NCBI GenBank assembly: GCA_026936335.1
Contig: JAPMXV010000009.1
Coordinates: forward strand, 62,001-126,000
Direction: 5' to 3'
Length of the DNA stretch: 64,000 nucleotides
Origin: Mantamonas sphyraenae STR306
Taxonomy: Eukaryota > Protista > CRuMs
Below are positions 1-11,700 of this stretch, in pieces; position 1 is the stretch's first letter, and every line of letters starts with the position of its first letter. A program made the translations under genes and the position numbers. The notes beneath the pieces are model-generated. The model searched no databases and was not told where the DNA came from. It saw nothing but the letters and a program-made list of their open reading frames with translations.

Positions 1-1288
1 AATCGAATGTCTGCGCGGCGTAAGCGTCCAGCTCCGGGTTGCCGCTGTCGTTGCCTGGCTCTTCATCGTCGGCAATCTCCCAGACAAGCTCCATGGCCCG
101 CGAAACGTCGCCTTGTTCCACTGCACGCTCAACAGCCAATCGGGCCTTCCAGTCGGGCACGCCCAGAGCTGCCAGTTCCGCCAGCATCGGGTGTTCCGAA
201 CCATGCTCTGCACGTTGTTGCTCCTCGTCCATGGAGAACGTCTGCGCGGCGTATGCTGCGATGGGATCCGACTGCGATGCGTCCTGCTCTTCGCCATCCT
301 CGTCCTCCTGCAAGGGAAACGTCTGCGCGGCGTATGCGCTGATCACTTCGTTGTCCTCCACAACCTCGCCCTCCGCTGATTCGACCTCGTCCATGGGAAA
401 TGATTGGTCGGCAGAATAGGCATGGTGAATGCTTTCTTCCTCGTCTTGGTTCATGGGAATGGCGGACGCGGTGTATGCAGCCAGGACTGCGTCCTCGTCT
501 GCTGCGCCATTTGTTGCTCCCGCAGAGTCCATGGCAAACGTCTGTGACGCATACGCATCCAGATCAGCGTCGATGCTTACAGAGGGGTTTTCGTCGTCAC
601 CAATCTCCCACACCAGCTCCATGGCGTTGGAAACGTCGCCTGCGGCGAGTGCTCGCTCGACCGCAACGGCGGCTTTCCACTTGGCCACGCCGAGACCCTG
701 GAGTTCCGCCACCATGGGATGCAGAGGTGCCGAGGAGGTGTCACCAGCCGCTGGTGCATCGTCCTGCTGCATGGAAAACGTCTGTGCGGCATAGGCGGCG
801 ATGGTATCCTCGTCGCCGCCGGCACCCTCTTCGTCTTCGCCGTCGCTGTCGCCCATGGGGAATGTCTGAGACGCGTAGGCATTGATGATTGAGTTGTCTA
901 CACTGTGGGACGCGGTATCTACGTCCAGTGGGAAGGACTGGTCGGCGGAATAGGCGTGGTGGACGGCATCGTCACCGGAGCCCCTCTCTTCGTTCATCGC
1001 AAACGTTTGCGAGGCGTACGCTGCGATGAGGTCTGTCCCATCGTCTCCTCCAGCGGTGGTGGATCCCATGTCGAACGTTTGGTCAGCGTAGGCGTTGAGT
1101 GCCTCGTCGTCAGCACCATCGTGTGGCAACGAGGCCTGTTCAGGAGCCTCGTCGTCTGCGATCTCCCAGACGAGGTCCATGGCGTTGGAGACGTCTCCGG
1201 CGGCACGGGCCCGCTCCACGGCCAGTTTGGCCTTCCACAGGGGCACGCCCATTTGTGTGAGCTCGTCCTGGACTTGCTGGTCGAGCAT
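1..1288 (-). CDS. Repeat protein, 3' end beyond the window: three UBA-like domains, each followed by acidic linkers carrying AYAxQTFxM motifs
   Basis: Manual translation from ATG 1288 is open to position 1 (429 codons, no stop, so absent from the ORF track). MLDQQVQDELTQMGVPLWKAKLAVERARAAGDVSNAMDLVWEI recurs at spacings of 558 and 528 nt. Confidence 0.85.
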   Translation of the reverse strand, partial: MLDQQVQDELTQMGVPLWKAKLAVERARAAGDVSNAMDLVWEIADDEAPEQASLPHDGADDEALNAYADQTFDMGSTTAGGDDGTDLIAAYASQTFAMNEERGSGDDAVHHAYSADQSFPLDVDTASHSVDNSIINAYASQTFPMGDSDGEDEEGAGGDEDTIAAYAAQTFSMQQDDAPAAGDTSSAPLHPMVAELQGLGVAKWKAAVAVERALAAGDVSNAMELVWEIGDDENPSVSIDADLDAYASQTFAMDSAGATNGAADEDAVLAAYTASAIPMNQDEEESIHHAYSADQSFPMDEVESAEGEVVEDNEVISAYAAQTFPLQEDEDGEEQDASQSDPIAAYAAQTFSMDEEQQRAEHGSEHPMLAELAALGVPDWKARLAVERAVEQGDVSRAMELVWEIADDEEPGNDSGNPELDAYAAQTFD

Positions 1289-1352
1289 GGGAGAAGGTCT
1301 TGTGGTTCAGTTTGCGCCCGACCGCACACTCCAACCATCTCCGCAGCCGTGG

Positions 1353-2432
1353 ATGAGCGAGGCACAAACAGAGCCGAGAATGATTGTGGGTGACGAGGAG
1401 GATGTGGAGGAGGAGGAGGAGGAGGAAGAGAGCGAAGAGGGGGAGGAGGTGGACGAGGAGTGGGAGGACGTGGACGACAACGGGCAGGCGATTGGAGATG
1501 ACGAGCTGGACGGATGGGAAGACGCCGGTGATGGAACGGGGTTTGTAGAGCCAGGCGAGCCAGGCTTGGAGGCGAAGGGCAAAGGAAACGCAGCAGACAC
1601 GGCGTGCGTGTACGCCTTTGCCAGCGATTTTGTGAACCACCAAAAGGTGGCACACAACCGTGGCCACACGCACGGGCGTAGCGGAGACTGTGTGTATGTA
1701 GAGGTGGCGCTTGTGCAAGAGGAAGGCCTTGAGCTGCTGACGTTGACCGAACCACGGCCGTTCCGTGTGCATCGGCTTCTGACGATGTTTGCCATCGACC
1801 GAGACACACTGAGTGTGCACGAGAGTGCGTTTGACAACCGCATGTTTCTGCTGCGCGACAACCTGGGCCTGTTTGTGGTGCTGCAGCTGCACCCGGTGAC
1901 AGCGAAGCAGGCGTCGCAGCCGGTGGAAACGCTGCTGCACCTGGTGTCGCCTGACCACATCTGTGAAACCAGCATGATGACCAAACGTGACCACCACCTG
2001 CTCATGCGCATGGACTTTCTCTTCCACTTGTCTGTCCGCGGCCTGGCTGCAGATAGGAGGCTGCTCGAACTGCTCTATCAGCACGACATGGAGCCATTGG
2101 AGGAACTGTGCGTGCCTTGGGTGCTGAGCACACGACAGATGGATGCGCTTCTGCGCGCACTGGCGTTCAACCCGTACGTGAGCCGCCTGGACGTGCAAGT
2201 CGGCGTCCTGCAGCATCAAGTGTCGGCCATGGCTGTGCGGGGCGCGCTCATGGACCTCTGTACACTACGTGGACGTCTCAACCAGCCCCCTGTGCTGACC
2301 ATCCACGGACTCTCGTCCTCCGACAGCATAAAGGGCCAGGACAGTTCGTTGGAGCTGGAGCTGCTTCGCGGCGCGGTCGAACTCACGGGGGGCCGAGCAG
2401 CCGCTGAGGAGGCAAGGAGCAGCAGCACATAA
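1353..2432 (+). CDS. Hypothetical protein with acidic N-terminus and a possible CARMIL-like PH/linker/first-LRR region
   Basis: ORF 1095..2432, likely ATG at 1353. DALLRALAFNPYVSRLDV resembles the CARMIL motif D(L)xxIIAALxYNxWFTKL. Confidence 0.55.
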   Translation: MSEAQTEPRMIVGDEEDVEEEEEEEESEEGEEVDEEWEDVDDNGQAIGDDELDGWEDAGDGTGFVEPGEPGLEAKGKGNAADTACVYAFASDFVNHQKVAHNRGHTHGRSGDCVYVEVALVQEEGLELLTLTEPRPFRVHRLLTMFAIDRDTLSVHESAFDNRMFLLRDNLGLFVVLQLHPVTAKQASQPVETLLHLVSPDHICETSMMTKRDHHLLMRMDFLFHLSVRGLAADRRLLELLYQHDMEPLEELCVPWVLSTRQMDALLRALAFNPYVSRLDVQVGVLQHQVSAMAVRGALMDLCTLRGRLNQPPVLTIHGLSSSDSIKGQDSSLELELLRGAVELTGGRAAAEEARSSST

Positions 2433-2520
2433 TGTGGGGTGGAAGAGCGAAAGGGTGTGTGAAGGAGGCCATGGGGAATGCAAGCCGGTGTGCGTGATGC
2501 CACCCACCAGAAATCGTCGA

Positions 2521-3788
2521 ATGTCTGTGGACGCCGTTGAACAGGAGGCTGTGCCTGTGCAAGTGCACGAGTTGTGCAACTACACACGGTTGAAGCAACC
2601 GTACGATTGGCGCACGCTGTTGTATGTACTGTGGATGCCGTTTGGCATTGCCCTTGCGGTGGTGCGGCTGCTGATCTACTTTCTGATTGCGCTGCCCCTG
2701 TTTGGTCTGTCCCAGCGTGTGGGTCTGGAGTGGCTGTGCATCCGTATCATGTACCCCATTCTTGGTCTGTTCTACGTGTTTGAAAACGTGTACGTTTGTT
2801 GCACGCAAGAGCCCGCGGGAACGCTCCGATCGCCAACGCGGCGCATTTTTTGGTAGCCGACGCACGCACGCTGACGACACGCACACGCCTACACGCACTG
2901 CTGCACACCCTCACTACGTACACAGTGAACGTGCGTCTGCTCAGGACCGCCCCAGCTTCTTTGTGAGCAACCATATCAGCGATCTGGACGCCATCTTCCT
3001 GTTCTGGATCCCCGGTGAGTTACGGCAAACGCGGCGTGCGGGCGGAATAGGATCACCCAGAAGAGGCTGACACATAGGAGAGGGCACATCGCACACAGGC
3101 GTCAAGGTGGTCCTGTCAGGCTTCTACTGGGATGCCATCGCCAACGTGGCAGCCTGGCTGGGAGCACGGTTCAACTTTATCAAGGTGTACCGCGGCCAGA
3201 AGGGTGAGTCGAGTCGAGTTGCGGTGTGATGGTGGGGGAGGCAGAGTGTGAGGTGCCAAGAGTGTGCACTAACATCACACGGCAGAGAGCTTCGAGGAGA
3301 CGCGGCAGAGGATTGCAAAGCACGTGGAAGGAAAGAACGAGCCGCCGCTGTATCTGCTGCCGGAGGGGACAACGACCAACGGCACACGTGCGCTGATGCG
3401 ATTCAACAAGTTTGTGTTTACGTTTGGCAAGTCCGTGTTGCCGTTCTCGCTGCGCGTGTGGACGCCGTGCCCGATCAACTTTGACATCCTGCACGATTCG
3501 TTTCTGGTCAACTTCTTCTTCATCCTGGCCTGCCCGTTCAGCATCTACTACATTCACTTTCTCGAGCCGCAGGAGCCGGCCAGCGAGGATGAAGACCCGC
3601 AGGAGTTTGCCGACCGTGTGCAGAAGCTCATTGCCGACGACCTCGGACTGGCCACCACCACGCTCACCTGGCGCGACAAAATCACCTTTCAGCGCGAGCA
3701 CGGCCGGTTGACCAAAGAGGGCAAGCCCATCGACCTGCAAAAGTTGTCCCAGGACGTCGACGCGCTCGTCAAGGCGAAAACCAAGTGA
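2521..3788 (+). CDS. PlsC-family lysophospholipid acyltransferase (LPCAT/AUP1-like), multi-exon
   Basis: N-terminal hydrophobic segment, catalytic NHISDLD (HxxxxD) and LPEGTTTNG motifs. The exons are joined by GT-AG introns at about 2789-2925, 3015-3098 and 3204-3285. Confidence 0.88.
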
Positions 3789-3958
3789 GCCGGCGGTTGA
3801 CAAGACGCAGACAGGGCAGCAGTCACGCAAACAATACATTGTAGACTTGTCTCTGTTCAAGTGTGTGCTTCATTGTGACGCATGTGTGTGTGTGTGTGTG
3901 TGGGACGGTGTGGGACGGTGTGGAGTGGAATTCTCTTCCCGATCCGCTCTGTTCCCAT

Positions 3959-4836
3959 TCATCGTCGCTTGCGCTTCTCGATGAGCGGCAGCTCGATGCC
4001 AGGCCCCATGGTGGAAGAGATAAGGACCTGCTTGACGTAGGCCCCCTTGGCGGTGCTGCTCTGAGGTTTGCTGTTGCCGATAAGGTTGACAAAGTGGGTA
4101 ATGTTGTCCAGGAGCTGGTCGTCCGAGTGCTCCAGGTTGCCCACAGAGGCCTTGACCATGGATTCCCTGTTGCAGCGGTACTCCAGCTGGTCGCCAGCCT
4201 TGAAGGTGCCGACGGCGGCGCCAATGTCGTTTGTGACCGTGCCCAGCTTGGCGTTGGGCATGAGACCACGCGGACCAAGCACACGGCCCAGTTTGGACAC
4301 GAGAGGCATCATGTCCGGTGTAGCCAGGCAACGCTGAAAGTCAAGGTTGCCGGCCTGGATTTGTTCGACCAGATCTTCGGCGCCAACCACGTCCGCGCCA
4401 GCCTGGCGAGCCTGCTCCGCCAGCTCGTCGCGAGCAAAGACAGCCACGCGTGTGCTCTTGCCGATGCCATGGGGCAGAGACATGATGCCACGCACCTCGT
4501 GCACCTTGCCCTTCTCCAGGCCGAGCTGCATGCTCACTTCCACGCTCTCGCGGAAATTGGCACGTGCGTGGGCACGCATCACACGCACAGCTTCCGGCAG
4601 GGCGTCCTGTACAATAGGCGACACCATGTCGTACTGCAACACCCGCCCGCACATGCCTGGGGTGTCAGTTGCGAGGCCCGGCACTCGGTCGCCACTTTCC
4701 ACCGTCGCTTCGCAGCTGTTCCCGCGTCGCCTACCTTGCCAGCATCGGCCTCCTGCTGCACCATGCGCGTCCACGTGGACAGTTGCCGCCTGTGCACCAC
4801 TCCATGCGTGCGCTTTCCGGCTGTTCGGGCAAACAT
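3959..4836 (-). CDS. MRPL1: Mitochondrial (bacterial-type) ribosomal protein uL1
   Basis: LPHGIGK, GADVVG and LGRVLGPRGLMPNAKLGTV motifs. Exon 1 (4836-4735) encodes the presequence-like MFARTAGKRTHGVVHRRQLST; intron 4734-4634. Confidence 0.93.
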
Positions 4837-5033
4837 GGCAGTCGTTGGGTTGGTAAAGGACACGCTCCAAGTCCAGTCCGCTCCCAGCATGCATGCGAGG
4901 GTGGACCGGTCACCGTGGACCAGGAAGGAAACAAACCAGGAAGAGTGTATTGCGGGCGCGGCTTCTGCCTTTCTCAAACTCGATCCACGATCTCGTGGAG
5001 CGGAGTCTGCCGCGAGGGAGCGCCTTGTTTTCG

Positions 5034-5935
5034 TCACTCTGCCTTTTTGGCCTCACTGCGTTCACTCTCGGGCTGTAGGTCGACCACAATGATACCCAGG
5101 GGAGTGTACGTGATGGTTGGCGGCTGGTCGTACGCCTCGATGGAACGCAGAGCCATGAGAAATTGAGTGTAAAGATATGTCCCACCGCCAGCGCCGACAT
5201 GCCACCAGGCGTGAAACTGCAGCGGCTGCACGTGCTCGCAGTACATGTTGTCCACGAGCCAGAACACAAAGCCTCCAAAGTACGCACCAAGCCCCAGGGC
5301 GTACACTCGTCGGGCAGCCACACGCCAGGCGTCGTTCTTGATAGCGCCAATGCGAAACATGGCCCAAGTGTTCAGGGCGACGACAGGCCCACTGTAGGCG
5401 ATGAGGAAAATGGTGTACCAATGTTGGAAGTAGAGGTAGATGATGGTGACCACAATGGCATACAGGACGCACAGGTGCGGCAGCCACTTGTACCGCGGCT
5501 TCGGCGACTTTTCCAGCAGCATGTAGAGGTATGTGATGCAGCAGTACAGCATGGGAAGTTCGTCCATGGCCTGGCTCACTGCACGCATGGTCGCGTGAAA
5601 GGCAAACGAGCCAATTCCTACCAGCATCAGCGTCAAGTACGAGATCTGGAAGCGCAGCTCTTTGCTCACGCGCAACCCCATGGCTCCAAAGAACACAATG
5701 GCCAGCGACGACCAGCTGTTCCACCACTCGGCTACGTACATCGACACGGCGTAGTTGGCCTCACACCAGTCGTGCGACGCGTCGATGGGTCCCCAAAAGT
5801 GTTCAGCCGTCATCTGCGTCTCCTCCTTCCACGATTGGTGTGTTGCCACGGCGCACGTTGAATTTCCTTTCCTTGGTCACCACTCACATGAGTATCGTAG
5901 GCACCTAGTGGGGGGGTGGGTGCGTTGCGTGGCAT
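5034..5935 (-). CDS. Alkaline ceramidase (ACER3/YPC1-like, CREST superfamily)
   Basis: WGPIDASHDWCEANY, GSFAFHATM, DELPM and HAWWH motifs; 7 TM. Probable short exon 1 (5935-5888) and intron 5887-5814; alternative start at 5813. Confidence 0.93.
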
Positions 5936-6045
5936 CGCATCTTCACGACAGCGTTGCCAACAAATTTGTTTGTGAGTGCTCTGCTCAACGCGCCCCAACG
6001 AGTTTTCCCGCTCGCTGACCCACACCCGTCTGCAGATTTCGACAC

Positions 6046-8103
6046 ATGAGCTACACGGGTGACTATGACGACGACGGCCTCCGGTGTGGCCATGGCGTGA
6101 TGGACTATGGAAACGGGTGCCAGTTCGAGGGCGAGTGGAAGGACGACAGGTTGGTTTGTGCTCCCACACACGCACGTGGCGGTCCCTGCAGCCGCACACA
6201 CCATTCACTCACACCACGGATCTGCATCGCGTGTGATGACAACGCCCATCCTCGTTCCTGGTGTGACCTGCCCTCAACGCATAGGATGCTGCGGGGCAAG
6301 TTCGTGTGGGCTTCAGGGTCGTCCTATGAGGGCTCATTCAACGACGACGAACAGAAGCACGGCAAGGGCAAGTACATTTGGGCCAACGGTGCCATCTACG
6401 ACGGCGACTGGTGAGTACAAAGGCCCAGAACGCGCACACAGAGACGCGAGCGAGCTGCCGAAGCGAAACGGTTCGGTGCTGCGCGCCACGTCGTATCCAC
6501 ACGCTGTACTCACATGCACACTGTGTTTGGCAACGCCAAACGTGTGACTGGATTTCCACAGGGAAAACGACAGGCGAAACGGATACGGTACGTACCAGTA
6601 CCCAGACAAGGCCGTTTATGTGGGCGAGTTCAAGGTGAGTTCCAGCGAGTTCCGACCGATCCCTGTGTGCTTTGTGTCGCACACTCACTCACACACACAC
6701 ACACACACCGGCCAATTGCCGCCCTCCTCGTGTATCCAAAGAACGAATGTCGCCATGGGCAGGGAAAGGTAGGTGAAACACCCAGCGAGGTGTCACGTAC
6801 GGCCGCAGTGGAAACCGAGGCACCGCGCGCAACGGTTTTTTGTCCGGGCGGCCTAGTTTCGGCGCGCCAGACTCGACCTGCACACACGCACTTGCTCACA
6901 CAGCGCTCGCATACATGCAACACACGCAATTACACCCATGGTGCAGTGGACACACCCGAGCGGTGCCGAGTATGAAGGAGAGTGGCGCAAGGACAAGAAG
7001 CACGGCCAGGGCAAGCAGGTGCGTACACGCATGGAGCACACCCATCACCTTTTCACAGCACCGCTGACCCATCATGCACCTCGTATGCACAGATCTACGC
7101 CAAGGGAGGGTCCTACGAGGGCGAGTGGCACAAGGGCAAGCGCCACGGCCAGGGAGTGTACATCAATCCGTCCGACGACCGCTACGAGGGCCAGTTTGTC
7201 AACGACAAGTGCCACGGAGAGGGCACAAAGGTGTTTGCCGGCACTGGCATCAAGTACACAGGCCAGTTCCGTCAGGGCCACATGTGGGGCGAGGGCACAG
7301 AAACACACCCCAACGGCGACACGTACACAGGACAATGGGTCAAGGACCATCGCGAAGGCCAGGGCACCTTTGTTTTCTCCTCAGGTGCAAAGGTGAGTGA
7401 CGCGTGCATGTGCATCCCATGGACTGGCAGCATGGAACACTCACATCCCGCACACACACAGTACGAGGGCTCCTGGAAAAACTCGCGCTTTGATGGCAAG
7501 GGCAAACTTATCTACCCGTCCGGAGACAAGTTTGAGGGCATCTTCAAGGACTCGCAACGGGTGTCGGGCCAGCAGCTGTTCTCAAACGGAGACGAGTACC
7601 AAGGCACTTTCAAAGACGACAAGATCCACGGCCAGGGCACATTCAAGTGGCACACAGGCGCCAAGTACGCAGGCGAGTGGAAGCGCAACAAACGCCAAGG
7701 CAAGGGTGAGTACACGGGCGTGGACGGGTCGTCGTACAAAGGCATGTGGAAGAGGAACAAGAAACACGGCAAGGGAATCCAGCGATGGGTCAACGGGAAT
7801 GTGTTTGAAGGCGAGTGGGTGGAAGGTTGCTCGGTGGGCCACGGCGTACACGTCACCCAGTTGGGTGAGAAGTGGGAGGGAGATTGGGAACTCAACAGCA
7901 AGGTGGGTTCCAACGAGTGGGAAGGCGACGCAGACATCAAGTGTGTTGCCTCCAATCTGCGCTACCGAGGCCTCTGCACACGCAAGGACGGCTTCCTCAC
8001 CTTTGAGAGCCAGAACGACATTGTTGAACTCGACCCCAGTGCCTCGCGTCCTGCTGGACAGCCAAAGGGCTCCAAGTTCCGAGTGGCCCCGCTGGCCAAG
8101 TGA
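6046..8103 (+). CDS. MORN-repeat protein, multi-exon
   Basis: Many YEGEWKxxKKHGxG repeats joined across about 6 GT-AG introns (first at 6150-6284), including a 27-nt exon at 6742-6768. Confidence 0.92.
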
Positions 8104-8206
8104 GCGGCGCAGCAGCTTGTGAGCACACGCAATGCATTGCAGTTCCATTGACGCCTCCCTTCCCCCCCTCTCTGTCTCCCCTTTTGCCCATCCATCCACT
8201 CTGGCA

Positions 8207-9389
8207 TCACCTCCTGCCTCGCTGACGTGATTGTCCCTTGCGCGAGCGGCCGTCCTTTGAACCACGACCGTAGAACGTGCTGGCTTTGCTCTGAGCCTGG
8301 CGCTGGTGCAGCTTCTTCTTGGCATAGGAACGGAATTGGGTGTCGGCCAGCAATTCGTCCACCAGCCGCTGCTTGCGCTGCTTTTTGGGAACACGTGACG
8401 AGTAAAAGTCGGCTTTGCCTTCCACCCATGTGCCCACCTGGAAGTACTTGGGCAGCCGCGAGCTGTCGTTGGCCTTGTAGTGTCGTTTGGGGTCGATGTA
8501 TCCACGCAGCTTGAGCACACGCAGATCCTGCTTCAGCTCCGCCGTCATGCGCGGCGCCTCCATGTCGAACCAGCCCCGACCCGCCGTGTCCCGCTTGTTC
8601 TGCTTCACACGCCTCTTCTTCAGATCTGGCGCCATGCGTCGCTTCTCCAGATTATGTACCACGCTCTTGCGCATTGCGTTGTGGTCTTCCAGCTTCTGCA
8701 ACTGCTCCAGTTGCCGCAGCGACGCACTCACGCTGCCTTGGTGCTCCGGAAGCCGATCAAACCGCTCGCTTTTGCTCAGCCCGTCCTGTGTCCTGCGCGC
8801 CACCAGCGAGCCCAGAAACGACGACGCTGGCAGTCCGGCTCCTTTGGGCAGTGGCCCTGGGTTCAGCGACAGTTCATACCTGTTGTGTGGAGGGGGGGGG
8901 TGTCAGCTGATAGGAGTCTCGCAGAATGCTCGCCCGACGCGAATCGCCCTCAAAAACTCCCTATACGCACCTGTCCTCGCCCTCTGTTTCGTCCTCATCG
9001 TCCTCCTCATCATCGATATCCACGTCAAGTTCGTCATCTTCGTCTCCGCTTTCGTCCGAGTCGAAATCCGAACGGCTTCGCTTGCGTCCGCCGTGCATGT
9101 CTCCGCTGGCCTGCTTTTCTGCCAGCAGGGCCCCCAGTGCACTCTGCAGCGCAGTCTTGGCTGCATCCATCTGTTTCTTGCTCACTCGTGTGCTCTTTTT
9201 ACCCTTGCCCGTGCTCTTCTTGCCTGTGGACGTGGCGCTTCGCTTGCCCTTCCCGTCTGACTCGCGTTCCGCCGCTGCTGCCGCCTCGCCAACGCTTTCT
9301 GCCTCGGATTCCGATTGGCCAACATCATCCACGTCCTCCTCCTGGCGTTTGCCACTCGATCGACGACGAGTTCGACGGGTGCCAACCAT
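8207..9389 (-). CDS. FCF2: Fcf2/DNTTIP2 pre-rRNA processing protein
   Basis: TAGRGWFDM, DLRVLKLRGYIDPKRHYK, PKYFQVGT and LVDELLAD motifs. Intron 8970-8880 joins the two ORFs in frame. Confidence 0.93.
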
Positions 9390-9459
9390 GATGATGCCTT
9401 TTTTGTTTGTTTTGCTCTGCGAGCGTCACACACACTCCTCCCCGAGGCACCATGCCGCT

Positions 9460-11686
9460 TCACAACAAACACACATCGTTGTCACAATACTTCTCGCCCG
9501 TGGCATCCTGCCTTCCGGTCGTCTTGATGTCCAGCGGCTTGAGCTTGGAGAGCATGTCGCCGTAGCGTTCAGCGTCAATCTCCTCATAGGGCATCTGCGG
9601 GTAGGCACCTGCGTCGATGTTGGGCAGGAGGGAGACCCCCTTGAGGTGATACTGGAAGTAGTCTAGGGCCTGTGCGATGTGTGGGCCCTCGCGCTCGGGG
9701 TCAAACGTCACCGTGCAGCTCACCTGATTGTCTGCCCAGTGGCGTTGCAGGAACGCTGCCAGACTCAACTGCTCCCACATGCTCACGTCACGCAGGGTGC
9801 GCACGCCCACGCCACAGTCCACAGGGAAGGAGACCACGCTCGTGGTGTCCGGTGCATCCACAGCCGGTTCAACCTCGTAGCCAGATTCAAGAAGCGGCCT
9901 GAGCAGCTCGCTGGCGTTGTTCATGCGCAGGCGGCGGATGTAGTACCTTGACTGAGGATAGTGCATGCCTGGGGTGGCGCCTGCTAGAAGCGACACCGTT
10001 CCGCTCGGTTTGATGCTTGTGCGCTTGATTGACTCGGGTACGCCAAAGCGTGACGACAGCGAGCGGTCACAGTCGCCAACCACGTCGTATCCTTCTTCAC
10101 ACCATTGGCGCAGCTGTTCCAGGCCGTGCTGCGAGATAAACTGTGCCAGACCAGACATGCTGCAGCCAATCCGCCTGTTGCGTGCCATCACGGCGTTTGT
10201 TTCCTCCCAGTGGGTGAGCCCAAGCGTCACCGTCTTTGCATACTCCAACGCCAGCGCGAGGGTCTCTTTGTACTCTTGCAACGAGTCGTGGCGGTTGGGA
10301 AACGTTTCCACCAGGCAGCACAACTCGTACGACTCCAGCGTCTGTTCCAGACAAGGATTGCCTCCGCGTGCACGCTCGTCTTTCCAATCCTCCTCGCGCC
10401 CATTCATACGCGAGTGCGCACGCATGTTGTCCAGCCACGCAAACCCGGGCTCGCCATTTGTGCAGATGTTCTTCACCAGCGGTGCGTAATCCATGCCCAA
10501 ACGCGCAAACACGCTGTTGTTACTGGTCCAGCCGTACTCCATCCGGTGTGGATTCACCTCGTAGTTCTTCAGATTGGCAAACGCCTCGTCGTCGGGCTCG
10601 CCAAAGGCGATTTCTGCCGTCTGCCGCACGTTGCCCGTCACAATGCACTTGCCAATCAGGTTCATGATATCTACAATCGTAGTCGATGACAACGTGCGCC
10701 CCTCCTGGGCGTCCAGCACGCGCTCCAGGTGGACGTGCAGGTTGTGCAAGGACTGCGGGCCCGCTGCCTCGCCACCAAAGCCTCGGATGGGCTCGCCGCG
10801 TGCACGGATGTTGGAATAGTCAAAACGCACAGGTGTGCGTGCAACCTCGTGCGTGTTGAGGTACGCATTCAACAATTGTGCGACGGAAGAGACCCAACCC
10901 TCGCGCGAGTCTGCAATCTGCACCATCTGCGCTGGTTTGCTACGGTCCACACCGTGTACACGCACTGCCTCGCCAGCTCCCTTTGTGTCGAAGCCCACGC
11001 CCACGCCCAGCATGGCCATGTCCATGAGAAAGGTGAACGGTTTGTGCGCCTCGCCTTGCTCCGCCAGGGCTCGCACGCCATCCGTGCTCACAAACGCACA
11101 ATTGTTCAGGGCAGCATACATGTGACGCTCTGTGGTCAGTGCACTGCCCATGGCCCACAGGCCCCTGCCCGGTGGCAGGAATTTCATGTGGAAAATGCGA
11201 TCGTACATCGCCTGCGCAGCCTCCTGCTTCTCGTGAACATCAAACGCTTTGCCAGCGCCCTCCATCCACTCCTGCTGCATCTGGTACGTGCCGTTCACCA
11301 CACGCTCCACCGTTTCGTGCCTTTAGCGTGGTCCGCGCAATTGTGTCAGCGTCCTGGGTCCGTGCGCGTCGGGCGATGTTCTCGGGAACCGGCCTCCGCC
11401 GGCATCTTTCCGTCTGCACTCACCACTCCTCGTTGCGGCCGTCTGGACGCACGCGACTGTATGTGCGCCTGTACACCAGTTCGCCCAACCCGTTGAACCC
11501 AAATGGTGGCGACTCTGCTGCATAGGACGACACAAACGAGTCGTCGAGGCGAAAGCCTCCTCGCTCGCCCACCGCTGCATCGCTCAAGCCACGCACACAA
11601 TCGACTAGTGCACGTGCAACGTATCCACTACTCGAGGAGTTGCCTGTGCGAGCCAGCGAACGTCCTGCTCCGGCACGTGCAAACAT
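9460..11686 (-). CDS. nrdJ: Class II (adenosylcobalamin-dependent) ribonucleotide reductase, monomeric RTPR/NrdJm type, with presequence-like N-terminus
   Basis: FLPPGRGLW, NNCAF, GGNPCLEQ (thiyl-radical Cys), ELCCLVE, IKPSGTVS, WADNQVSCT and C-terminal CDNDVC. Intron 11423-11321 splits the W codon of EEW|HETVERVVNG. Confidence 0.96.
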
Positions 11687-11700
11687 ATCTGGAGCAAGCA

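Noticed and set aside
7-1393. Short plus-strand ORFs in the track
   Set aside because: They are shadows of the continuous minus-strand repeat gene that the track omitted.
3883-3925. TG microsatellite plus a short tgtgggacgg duplication between convergent genes
   Set aside because: It is an ordinary simple repeat of a kind common in non-coding DNA throughout the window, with no evidence of function.
9460-11686. nrdJ as evidence of a prophage, giant-virus insertion or bacterial contig
   Set aside because: It has a canonical spliceosomal intron and host-like composition, and it is flanked by eukaryotic genes with no viral hallmark genes.
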